DNA of 64,000 bases, taken from the NCBI GenBank assembly GCA_022009815.1, contig CP091725.1:1991972-2055971 (forward strand), given 5' to 3'. This DNA comes from Bacteroidales bacterium. Its GTDB lineage: Bacteria; Bacteroidota; Bacteroidia; Bacteroidales; Muribaculaceae. Both the position numbers and the translations under genes were made by a program. The notes under the pieces were generated by a model. The model saw nothing but the letters and a program-made list of their open reading frames with translations. It had not been told where the DNA came from and searched no databases. Of the stretch, positions 33,888 through 44,688 are shown piece after piece (position 1 is the first letter of the stretch; each line of letters opens with the position of its first letter).

Positions 33888-35470
33888 ATGGCAAAGAAAA
33901 AAGACGAAAAGGACGTGCTGGTAGTCCGTGACGAGAAGACAGGCGAGATCAGCGTGGTAGCCGGGCTGAACGCGGACGGCACACCCAAGCGCACCCCCGC
34001 AAAAGCGGAGAACGCGCAGAGTTTCCTGCAATTCGACCGACATGGCGACGTGCTGGACAACTTCTTCAAGAACTTCTTCCGGCAGTGCAAGGAACCCAGC
34101 CGCTTCGGTTTCTACCGCATTGCGGCAGACCAAGCTGAAAATCTCTTAGAGGTGATGAAGCAACTGCTGAAAGACCCCGAAGCGAACAAGGAGCTGCTCG
34201 CCCCTCACAAGGTGGACACCTCCGACTATGAGAAGAAGGTGCAGGAAGAGATGGCAGCACAACAGACAGAGAAACAAGAACCTCAAAAACAGGAGAACAT
34301 GGAACAACGGAAAGAACAGCAACAGGACAAATCCGAACAGATGCAGGGCAAACGTGGCTACCAGCCCATCGACGAGAGTAAAATCAACTGGCAGGAGCTG
34401 GAGGACAGATGGGGCGTAAAGCGGGACAACCTTGAAAAGTCCGGCGACCTTACGAAGATGCTCAACTATGGCAAGTCCGACTTGGTAAAGGTCAAACCGA
34501 CCTTCGGCGGCGAATCATTCGAGCTGGACGCCCGCCTCTCCTTCAAGAAGGACGGTGAGGGAAACATCAGCCTCGTGCCGCACTTCATCCGCAAGGAGCA
34601 GAAGCTCGACGAGTACAAGGAACACAAGTTCTCCGACGAAGACCGTAAGAACCTGCGCGAAACGGGCAACCTCGGCAGGGTCGTGGACCTCGTGGACAGG
34701 GAAACGGGCGAGATCATCCCCTCGTTCGTCAGCATCGACCGCAAGACGAACGAAATCACGGATGTCCCGGCCAGCAAGGTGCGCATACCGGAGCGCATCG
34801 GCAAGACGGAAATCACCAAGCAGGAGCAGGGCATGCTGCGTGCCGGGCTACCCGTGCGCGACAAGCTCATCGAGCGCAAGGACGGCAGGAAGTTCGTCAC
34901 CACCCTGCAAGTGAACGTGGAGCAGCGCGGCGTGGAGTTCGTGCCGGGAACCGGCAGGTCGCCCCGTACCGCCCAAACGCAGGAAACGAAGAACAACCCC
35001 GCACAAGGACAGGCGCAGGGTACGGAGAATGCCGGGGGCACGAACAAGGAGCAACGCCGCAACACGTGGACGAACGCCGACGGCAGCATCCGCCCCATCA
35101 GCAAATGGAGCGGCGTGGACTTCACCGAACAGCAGAAAGCCGACTACGTGGCGGGCAAAGCCGTGAAACTGGAGAACGTGACCGACAAGCAGGGCTTCCA
35201 CGCCACGATGTACATCAAGTTCAACCCGGAGAAGGGACGCCCGTACCGCTACGACACGAACCCTGACAATGCACAGCAGGTTGCTCCGTCCAACGAGAGC
35301 CGCACGCAGGTGGCGGTGAACAACGATGGCAAGACCAACGAGGCTACAAAGAATCTGAGAGAGCCGTTGCAGAAAGGTCAGACCAACCCGAAGGACGCCC
35401 GCCAGCAACAGCAGCAGGAGAAGCCGCAGAAGAAAAACGGGCAAGGGCATGAAAATGTAATCCCGTGTCC
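33888..35470 (+). CDS. DUF3945-type protein (orf3 of the excision operon); 3' end uncertain
   Basis: Starts MAKKKDEKDVLVVRDEKTGEISVVAGLNADGTPKR and is rich in Q/K/E low-complexity sequence. The listed ORF runs to 35702 across the exc start. A 1-nt change in the A5 run near 35434-35438 would end it at ...GKGMKM* (about 35458). Confidence 0.65.
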
Positions 35471-35523
35471 GCCACTGAATCCAAAAATTAAAATCCAAAG
35501 TATCAACAAAAAAAGAAGAAGAC

Positions 35524-37611
35524 ATGAAGACAATCATTGCAGAAAAGCCCTCCGTGGCACGCGAAATCGCCCGCATCGTGGGCGCGACAAAGAGAGAGGA
35601 AGGATATTTCGAGGGAGGCGGTTATGCCGTGACATGGGCATTCGGACACCTCGTTCAGCTTGCCATGCCCGACGGCTACGGCGTGCGCGGATTTGTCCGT
35701 GACAACCTCCCGATTATTCCCGACACATTCACGCTCGTCCCCCGTCAGGTCAGGACGGAGAAAGGTTACAAGCCCGACAGCGGCGTGGTGTCGCAGATAA
35801 AAGTCATCAAAAGACTGTTCGACACAAGCGAACATATCATCGTGGCGACCGATGCCGGACGCGAGGGTGAGCTTATCTTCCGCTACCTCTACCATTATAC
35901 CGGATGCACCACCCCGTTCGTCCGCCTCTGGATAAGCTCGCTTACAGATAAGGCTATCCGCGAGGGACTGCGCAACCTCGAAGCGGGCGGCAAATACGAC
36001 AACCTCTATCTTGCCGCCAAAGCAAGGAGCGAATCAGACTGGCTTGTGGGCATCAACGGCACGCAGGCACTTTCCATCGCCGCCGGACACGGCACATATT
36101 CCGTCGGACGGGTGCAGACACCTACATTGGCGATGGTGTGCGCACGCTATTGGGAGAACCGCCGCTTTAGCCCCGAAGCCTTCTGGCAGCTCCATATCGC
36201 GACGGACGGCTGCGATGAAGGAACGGTGAAGTTTTCATCTTCCGAAAAATGGAAAGAGAAAGAGCCCGCGACGGAACTGTATAATAAGGTGAAGTCGGCA
36301 GGCACAGCCACTGTCACGAAAGCCGAGCGCAAGGAGAAGACGGAGGAAACTCCCTTGCTCTACGACCTGACCACGCTCCAGAAGGAAGCCAACGCCAAGC
36401 ACGGCTTCACGGCGGAACAGACGCTTGAAATCGCGCAGAAGCTCTACGAGAAGAAGCTCATCACCTATCCGAGAACCGGAAGCCGCTACATTCCCGAAGA
36501 CGTGTTCGCCGAAATCCCCAAACTGCTCGCTTTCATCGGCACACAGCCCGAATGGAAAGACAAGGTGCGGGCAAAAGCCGCCCCGACACGCCGCAGCGTG
36601 GACGACGGCAAGGTGACAGACCACCATGCCCTGCTCGTCACGGGTGAGAAACCGCTCTTCCTCTCCAAAGAGGACAATACCATCTATCAGATGATTGCCG
36701 GGCGCATGGTCGAGGCATTCTCTGAGAAATGCGTCAAGGATGTGACCACTGTCACGGCGGAATGTGCCGGAGTGGAGTTTACCGTAAAAGGCAGCGTCGT
36801 GAAGCAAACCGGATGGCGTGCCGTCTATGGCGAGGAAAAAGAGGAAATTACCATCCCCGGCTGGCAGGAAGGCGACACGCTGACACCGAAAGGCTCGTCC
36901 ATTACCGAAGGAAAGACCAAACCCAAGCCGCTGCATACCGAAGCCACCCTGCTCTCGGCAATGGAAACGGCGGGCAAGGAAATTGAGGACGACGCACTGC
37001 GGCAGGCGATGAAGGACTGTGGCATCGGTACTCCCGCCACACGCGCCTCCATCATCGAAACGCTTTTCAAGCGCGGTTACATGGAACGCTGCAAGAAGTC
37101 GCTTGTTCCCACCGAAAAAGGACTTGCCCTCAATTCCGTCGTCAAGACGATGCGCATCGCCGATGTTGCCATGACGGGCGAATGGGAAAAGGAGCTGGCG
37201 CGTATCGAGCGCGGGGAGCTGCCAGCCGACACCTTCCGCAGGGAGATAGAGGCGTACACACGCGAAATCACCTCCGAACTGCTCTCGTGCGACAAACTGT
37301 TCTCCCGCAGGGATTCCGGCTGCAAGTGTCCCAAGTGTGGGACGGGCAACATGCAGTTCTACGGCAAGGTGGTACGCTGCGACAACGCGGAGTGTGGGCT
37401 GCCCGTGTTCCGCCTAAAAGCGAACCGCACCCTTTCCGACGACGAGATCAAAGAACTGCTCACCGACGGGCATACGAAGCTGCTCAAAGGCTTCAAGAGC
37501 AAGCAGGGCAAGAGCTTCGACGCCATAGTCGCCTTTGACGGGGACTATAACACGACTTTCGTGTTCCCCGAAAGGAAAACGAGCAGGAAATTTTCAGGAC
37601 GGAAGAAATAG
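35524..37611 (+). CDS. exc: DNA topoisomerase III-like protein (Exc)
   Basis: The Toprim N-terminus is MKTIIAEKPSVAREIARIVG...WAFGHLVQL. A type IA core is present, and the C-terminus has zinc ribbons (CPKCGTGNMQFYGKVVRCDNAECG). Confidence 0.9.
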   Translation: MKTIIAEKPSVAREIARIVGATKREEGYFEGGGYAVTWAFGHLVQLAMPDGYGVRGFVRDNLPIIPDTFTLVPRQVRTEKGYKPDSGVVSQIKVIKRLFDTSEHIIVATDAGREGELIFRYLYHYTGCTTPFVRLWISSLTDKAIREGLRNLEAGGKYDNLYLAAKARSESDWLVGINGTQALSIAAGHGTYSVGRVQTPTLAMVCARYWENRRFSPEAFWQLHIATDGCDEGTVKFSSSEKWKEKEPATELYNKVKSAGTATVTKAERKEKTEETPLLYDLTTLQKEANAKHGFTAEQTLEIAQKLYEKKLITYPRTGSRYIPEDVFAEIPKLLAFIGTQPEWKDKVRAKAAPTRRSVDDGKVTDHHALLVTGEKPLFLSKEDNTIYQMIAGRMVEAFSEKCVKDVTTVTAECAGVEFTVKGSVVKQTGWRAVYGEEKEEITIPGWQEGDTLTPKGSSITEGKTKPKPLHTEATLLSAMETAGKEIEDDALRQAMKDCGIGTPATRASIIETLFKRGYMERCKKSLVPTEKGLALNSVVKTMRIADVAMTGEWEKELARIERGELPADTFRREIEAYTREITSELLSCDKLFSRRDSGCKCPKCGTGNMQFYGKVVRCDNAECGLPVFRLKANRTLSDDEIKELLTDGHTKLLKGFKSKQGKSFDAIVAFDGDYNTTFVFPERKTSRKFSGRKK

Positions 37612-37613
37612 TA

Positions 37614-37722
37614 TTAACTTTGCCACTGGTTCAGAGTAATGAATTGTTCTTCGATATCGGATTACACTCATACTTTGGATTTAGTGGTGGCACTCGGAGG
37701 GATACCGAGTGCCTTTCTTTCT
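37614..37722 (+). ncRNA. candidate small RNA (RteR-like position) with its promoter box and terminator
   Basis: A TAacTTTG -7 box sits at 37614-37621. An intrinsic terminator (ggcactcgg-agggata-ccgagtgcc + tttctttct) sits at 37689-37722. The predicted transcript is about 90-95 nt, immediately downstream of exc. Confidence 0.4.
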
Positions 37723-37773
37723 CCTTTCCAGACGATTATCCCCGTCATTACCAATCCACTAAATTCCAAAGTA

Positions 37774-38226
37774 ATGAACAACAAGAAGAAAAACGAGGGT
37801 CAGACCGACTTTTCCTATTACGGTCTGTACCTGCTGGACTACCTCCGCACAAACAAGTTTGAACAGGCTTCCGACGATGCCTTCATCCGGGAGCGTGCCG
37901 ACCGTGCCGCCGAAACGTATGAGCGTTCGCGGCTCGAAGGCTATCCGCCCGAAGGGGCGCAGGAGTTGGCGATGGACACGCTCCTGCGGGGGCTTCGCTA
38001 TTCCAAGTACGCCATCCTCCGCGAAGTCGTGGAAAACGAGTTTGCCGGTGAAGTGCCGGAAAAGAAACGCGAAGCCTTCATCCGAAAACTGCTGCCGCCT
38101 GTCGGTAATGTATTCTCCGTCTATGACCTTTCGGACGACAACTTCGCCCTGTCGCCCGAATACGACCTGCTCTATACGGAGCTGACGGGAGCCGTCGTCC
38201 TTTATATCGACGAGTATGGCGTTTAA
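37774..38226 (+). CDS. DUF1896 domain protein
   Basis: Starts MNNKKKNEGQTDFSYYGLYLLDYLRTNKF. It is the conserved partner upstream of the large methylase-helicase in Bacteroidales ICEs. Its stop overlaps the next ATG. Confidence 0.75.
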   Translation: MNNKKKNEGQTDFSYYGLYLLDYLRTNKFEQASDDAFIRERADRAAETYERSRLEGYPPEGAQELAMDTLLRGLRYSKYAILREVVENEFAGEVPEKKREAFIRKLLPPVGNVFSVYDLSDDNFALSPEYDLLYTELTGAVVLYIDEYGV

Positions 38227-41200
38227 CCGCAAACAACGGCTGCGGGACAACATCGAGGCGATACGGACGGCATTCATCCTTGAGAGGGAACGGAGGACGG
38301 CAACCGCCGAGGAACAAGCCATACTTCGGAAGTATTGCGGTTTCGGCGGGTTGAAGTGCATACTGAACCCGGCAAAGGAACTGACGGATGCCGTGCATTG
38401 GGCGAAATCTGACCTCGAACTGTTCGCCCCGACGGTGGAGCTGTACAGGCTGGTGCGTGAACACAGCAAGGACGAAACGGAGTACAAGCGGTACGTGGAT
38501 GCCATGAAGCAGTCCGTGCTGACCGCTTTCTACACCCCGCCGGAGATAACCGGCACTATCGCGGATGTACTGCATGAACACGGCATACGTCCCGACCGTG
38601 TGCTGGAGCCGTCGGCGGGCGTGGGCGCATTCGTGGATGCCGTGCTGGAAAACAAGCCGGACGCGGACATCATGGCTTTCGAGAAAGACCTGATGACGGG
38701 CAAGATATTGGGACACCTGCATCCCGACCAAAAGGTAAGGGTGCAGGGATTCGAGAAGATAGAGAAGCCCTTCACGGACTATTTCGATCTGGCAATATCG
38801 AACATCCCGTTCGGTGACGTGGCTGTGTTCGACCCGGAGTTTACGGGAAGCCAAGACCCCGCAAGGCGTTCCGCACCGAAGGCAATACACAACTATTTCT
38901 TCCTGAAAAGCCTTGACGCGGTGCGTGAGGGCGGCATCGTGGCGTTCATCACCTCGCAGGGGGTGCTGGACGCACCGTCCAACGCACCCATACGCGAGTA
39001 TATGATGCGTAATGCCAATCTGGTGGGTGTCGCACGCCTGCCGAACAACCTTTTCACGGACAACGCGGGTACGGAAGTGGGCAGCGACCTTATTATCCTT
39101 CAAAAGAACAGCGGCAAGAATGGGGAGCTGTATTATAACGAGAAACTTTTCATGCAGACCGAACAGACCCCTATCGGCACTTCTGTAAACGGGTATGTAT
39201 GGAGCATCAGTTCTCTTTCCAATACAGATTTAATCAGAGGCACAGACCCTTATGGCAAACCTGCCTATCAACTTATACACCGGGGCGGCATCGGACAAAT
39301 GGCGGATGACTTGCGGGAACATCTGAATATTGAGTTACCCCAGTTAGACATAGAACTATATGAAATGCACAACCTGCATCCGGCACAGGTAAAAAACACA
39401 GTGACGGAACCCATTTTCACACCGGTTGTCACTCCTGAAATACAGCCTCTTACAGAAATGGCAGTGAAGCCCGAAGCGGTAACACCGCAGCCGGAGGAAG
39501 AAAAGCCGGAGATAGAGCCGCGCCGCCCCGATTATTCAGCAGGCGTGCAGCTCTCCCTGCTCGACCTCTGGGGCATGACCGAGGAGGTACGCAAGCAGGA
39601 AGCACCCTCCAAGAAGAAAAAGACGGCGAAAAAGGAAAGCCCGGCAAGACGTATGCCTCCCAAACCGCAGGCGCAGGTTACGCCGAAGGTTACGACCGCA
39701 CCGCCGCCGTCTGCCGCACCGCTGACGGAGAACAGGGACAGCCAAGAAACAAAGCCGGTGAGTGTCGCAGCCAAAGCCGATCCGGATGATATTTACGCCA
39801 CTTTGGATTGGGATACCAACCCGCCCATCAACGGCTTCTATGAAATGATGATGGACCTCACGCCGGAGCGACGCAAGGAGCTTCGCAGGCTGGCGGCACA
39901 GCATCAGGAGAAACGGCAGCATGTCACGGGCGTGAAAGCCGCACCGGAGCAGGAAACACGGCGACCCAAACACAGCCGGAAATTGCCGCCAATCCTGCCG
40001 CTCCCGCAACGGAAACGGCTGCAACCTCCCTTTTCCCCGAAATGGAAGCGGAAAAACCGAAGGAGGAACCTCTCTACCTTTCTCCCCGTCCGTTCAACGG
40101 TCTGCTGGAGCCGCACTACCGTGACGGCTCTATGGTACTGGATGCGTCACGCAATCTCGGCTATTTGAAAGACCTCACGCTTTACGGCGCGACATTCCAA
40201 CCGCTTGACCTGACCGGCTACCAGAAGGAGAAAGCGATGTTGTATGTGTCACTCCGTGATTCATACGAGCGGCTTTACCGCTACGAGGCGGAGTACCACG
40301 ATGAAGGGTCTGCGCAACGCGGAGCGTTGAACACCTGCTACGATGAGTTTGTCATGCGCTACGGCAACCTCAACGCCAAGCAGAACGTGAAACTGGTGAT
40401 GATGGATGCAGGAGGACGCGACATCCTTTCGCTGGAACGGGCGGAGGACGGCAGGTTCGTCAAGGCGGATATTTTCGAGCGTCCCGTTTCTTTCTCGGTG
40501 GAGAGCCATGCCAACGTCAGCTCTCCCGAAGAGGCGTTATCCGCATCGCTCAACAAGTTCGGCACGGTCAATCTTGATTATATGCGGGAGATAACCGACA
40601 GCACGGAGGAGGGATTGCTTGACGCCCTCAAAGGACGCATCTTCTACAACCCGCTCGTAACCGGTTACGAGATAAAGGACAGGTTCATCGCCGGGAACGT
40701 GATAGAGAAGGCGGAGCGCATCAAGGCATGGATGGGCGACAACCCTGAAAACGGACGTATGCCGGAAGTGAAGCAGGCGTTGGAGGCTCTGAAAGAAGCC
40801 GAGCCGCAACGCATCTCCTTTGAGGACCTTGACTTCAACTTCGGGGAACGCTGGATTCCGACGGGCGTGTACGCTGCTTATATGAGCCACCTTTTCGACA
40901 CGGACGTGAAAATCGCCTACTCCGCAAGCATGGACGAGTTTTCGGTGGCGTGCGGCTACCGCACCATGAAAATCACGGACGAGTTTTTAGTGAAGGGCTA
41001 TTACCGGAACTATGACGGCATGCACCTTCTGAAACACGCCCTGCACAACACCTGCCCTGACATGATGAAGTCCATCGGCAAGGACGAGCATGGCAACGAC
41101 ATCAAGATGCGCGACAGCGAGGGAATACAACTCGCCAACGCCAAGATTGACGAGATACGAAACGGCTTCTCCGAATGGCTCGAAGAGCAGTCGCCGCAGT

Positions 41201-44031
41201 TCAAGGAGCGGCTTGTGACGATGTATAACCGCAAGTTCAACTGTTTCGTGCGCCCGCGCTACGACGGCTCCCATCAGACCTTTCCCGACCTCAACCTGAA
41301 AGGGCTGGCAAGCCGGGGTATCAAGAGCGTCTATCCCTCACAGATGGATTGCGTCTGGATGTTGAAACAGAACGGCGGCGGAATTTGCGACCACGAGGTG
41401 GGAACCGGCAAGACGCTGATAATGTGCATCGCCGCGCATGAAATGAAGCGTCTGAACTTGGCGCACAAGCCGATGATTATCGGGCTGAAAGCCAATGTTG
41501 CGGAGATTGCCGCCACCTATCAAGCGGCATATCCCAACGCGAGGATTCTGTACGCTTCGGAGAAAGACTTTTCGACCGCCAACCGCGTGCGTTTCTTCAA
41601 CAACATCAAGAACAACGACTACGATTGTGTCATTATGTCGCACGACCAGTTCGGCAAGATACCGCAGTCGCCGGAGTTGCAGCAGCGCATCCTGCAAGCG
41701 GAGCTTGACACGGTGGAGGAAAACCTCGAAGTGCTGCGCCAGCAGGGAAAGAACGTATCGCGGGCGATGCTGAAAGGTCTGGAGAAGCGCAAGCATAACC
41801 TTGAAGCGAAATTGGAGAAGGTGGAACACGCCATAAAGTCACGCACGGACGACGTGGTGGACTTCAAGCAGATGGGCATCGACCACATTTTCATTGATGA
41901 ATCGCACCAGTTCAAGAATCTGACTTTCAACACGCGCCACGACCGTGTGGCGGGATTGGGGAACAGCGAGGGAAGCCAGAAGGCACTGAACATGCTCTTT
42001 GCTATCCGCACCATACAGGAGCGCACAGGAAAAGACTTGGGTGCGACCTTCCTCTCCGGCACGACTATCAGCAACTCACTGACTGAATTGTACCTGCTGT
42101 TCAAGTACCTGCGCCCGAAGGAGCTGGAACGGCAGGACATACGATGTTTCGACGCTTGGGCGGCGATATTTGCCAAGAAGACGACGGATTTTGAATTTAA
42201 CGTGACGAACAACGTGGTCCAGAAGGAGCGTTTCCGCTACTTCATCAAAGTGCCGGAGCTTGCCGCCTTCTATAATGAAATCACGGACTACCGCACGGCG
42301 GAGGATGTGGGCGTTGACCGTCCTGCCAAGAACGAGATACTGCACCATATACCGCCCACGCCGGAACAGGAGGACTTCATACAGAAACTGATGCAGTTCG
42401 CCAAGACGGGCGATGCCACCTTGTTGGGCAGGCTGCCGCTTTCGGAAACGGAAGAAAAGGCGAAGATGCTCATCGCCACGGACTATGCCCGGAAAATGGC
42501 ACTCGACATGCGCATGATAGACCCGAATTACGAAGATCATCCCGACAACAAAGCGAGTCACTGTGCCAAGATGATCGCGGAGTATTATCAAAAATACGAC
42601 GCCCAGAAAGGCACGCAGTTCGTTTTCTCTGATTTGGGGACATACCAGCCGGGCGACGGGTGGAACGTCTATTCGGAAATCAAGCGCAAACTGACGGAGG
42701 ACTACGGTATACCGCCAAGCGAGGTGCGCTTCATTCAGGAGTGCAAGACCGACAAGGCTCGGAAGGCGGTGATAGATGCCATGAACGCCGGGACGGTGCG
42801 TGTGCTGTTCGGCTCCACCTCCATGCTCGGAACGGGTGTGAACGCACAAAAAAGGTGTGTCGCCATCCATCATTTGGATACGCCTTGGCGACCGTCCGAC
42901 CTGCAACAGCGTGACGGACGGGGAGTTAGAGCAGGCAACGAGATTGCCAAGCATTTTGCCGGGAACAACGTGGATGTAATCATCTATGCGGTGGAAAAGT
43001 CACTGGACAGCTACAAGTTCAACCTGCTGCACTGCAAGCAGACGTTCATCTCGCAGCTCAAAAGCGGGGCGATGGGCGCGCGTACCATCGACGAGGGTGC
43101 TATGGACGAGAAATCGGGCATGAACTTTTCGGAGTACATGGCGTTACTATCCGGCAACACCGACCTGCTGGACAAGGCGAAACTGGAACGGATCGCATCG
43201 CTCGAAGGGGAACGCAAGTCGTTCAACAAGGGCAAGCGTGATTCGGAGTTCAAGCTGGAGTCAAAGACCGGCGAGTTGCGCAACAACACGGCTTTCATAG
43301 ATGCCATGACGGAGGACTGGAACCGCTTCCTGTCGGTGGTGCAGACCGACAAGGAGGGCAACCGCCTTAATATAATAAAGGTGGACGGAGTGGATTCCGC
43401 CGATGAGAAGGTCATCGGAAAGCGTTTGCAGGAGATAGCCAAGAATGCCACGACCGGAGGGTTGTACACGCAGGTCGGTGAACTTTACGGTTTCCGATAA
43501 AGGTGGTGAGCGAAAGGATACTCAAAGAGGGATTGGAGTTCACCGACAACCGCTTCGTGGTCGAGGGGAACTACAAGTACACCTACAACAACGGGCATCT
43601 GGCGATGGCTGACCCGTTGGCCGCCGCCCGCAACTTCCTCAACGCGATGGAGAGGATACCCTCCATCATCGACCAGTACAAGGCGAAGAACGAGGTGCTG
43701 GAGATGGAGATACCGCAGTTACAGGAGATAGCGGGTAAGGTGTGGAAGAAGGAGGACGAGCTGAAGCAGTTGAAGTCCGAACTTGCCGCCCTTGACCGAA
43801 ATTCAGCTGGAGCTTGCGCCACCCACGCCCGAAGTCGCAGAAAAGGAGAATGAAGGGCAACAGCTCAAGCCGGAAGCGGAAGATGTGAGGAACAGGCAGG
43901 CGCAATATCCCGAAAATGCACCGCCGCAGATACGCAGTCCGGCGGATAGTATCGTTGCCAACCATGTCATAATCGGGCGTCCGGGACTGTATGCCAAGGA
44001 GGAAACCCGGTCCAAAGGATTGAAAATATAA
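38216..44031 (+). CDS. giant N6-adenine DNA methyltransferase / SNF2-DEAD-type helicase fusion (~1940 aa), at least three apparent frameshifts
   Basis: Methylase motif I is [12 protein letters not shown] and motif IV is NIPFGD. Helicase motif I is DHEVGTGKT, motif II is FIDESHQF and motif VI is [12 protein letters not shown]. The frame breaks at about 39950-39990, at the C2 run 43494-43495 ([15 protein letters not shown]) and at the A3 run 43798-43800 ([12 protein letters not shown]). Confidence 0.85.
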
Positions 44032-44054
44032 CCTAAGGAATTTTATCTGAAGTA

Positions 44055-44158
44055 TTAATAAGGGCTATCCCAAAAGGTCTAAAAGTAAATTTTATCCTTT
44101 CTGCAAGTATCTATAGGATGGCAACTGCATTTTTTTCTTTTTGGGCAGCCCTTATTAA
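44055..44158. repeat. inverted repeat (long hairpin) at the boundary of the AT-rich tetQ module
   Basis: ttaataagggct (44055-44066) pairs perfectly with agcccttattaa (44147-44158). The stem extends imperfectly through cccaaaa/ttttggg. The loop is about 60 nt. Confidence 0.6.
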
Positions 44159-44523
44159 AATTTATTCTTATTTTAGGTTATATACATTCATGTCCATTTA
44201 TGTAAAAAATTCCTGCTGACCTTGTTTATGTCTTGTCAGTCACCATTTGCAAAACCATATTTGACCCTCAAAGAGGCTGAATTTGATAAGTAACTTGCTA
44301 CATACTCATAATAAGGAGCTAAATAGAACACGAATGGGAAATACACAAATGCTAAACTAAAGAAGATATTGGCCAAAATAAACGCTATACCGAGAGAGAA
44401 ACTTGATTTTTCAACTTCCTAAAACGGTGTTGTTCAAACATTTCTACTTATTTGTACTTGCCAGTTGAACCTACGCTTCCCTAATAAAATGTCTATGGTA
44501 AAAAGTTAAAAAATCCTCCCACT

Positions 44524-44688
44524 TTTGTTAGATATATTTTTTTGTGTAATTTTGCAATCGTTATGCGGCAGTAATAATATACATATTAATACGAGTTAGT
44601 AATCCTGTAGTTCTCATATGCTACGAGGAGGTATTAAAAGGTGCGTTTCGACAATGCATCTATTGTAGTATATTATTGCTTAATCCAA
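44524..44688 (+). promoter_or_regulatory. tetQ promoter and translational-attenuation leader with a 3-codon leader ORF
   Basis: TTTG lies at 44524-44527 and TAatTTTG at 44547-44554 (19-bp spacing). The mini-ORF ATG CGG CAG TAA is at 44563-44574. The leader is about 130 nt to the tetQ ATG. AGGAGG at about 44626-44631 sits in a potential stem (cctgtag.../ctacgagg). Confidence 0.7.

Noticed and set aside
33888-35702. orf3 reading through into exc as one long overlapping ORF.
   Set aside because: The last ~80 codons of the listed ORF are basic low-complexity sequence overlapping the well-supported exc start (35524). A 1-nt change in an A run near 35434-35438 gives a natural stop near 35458.
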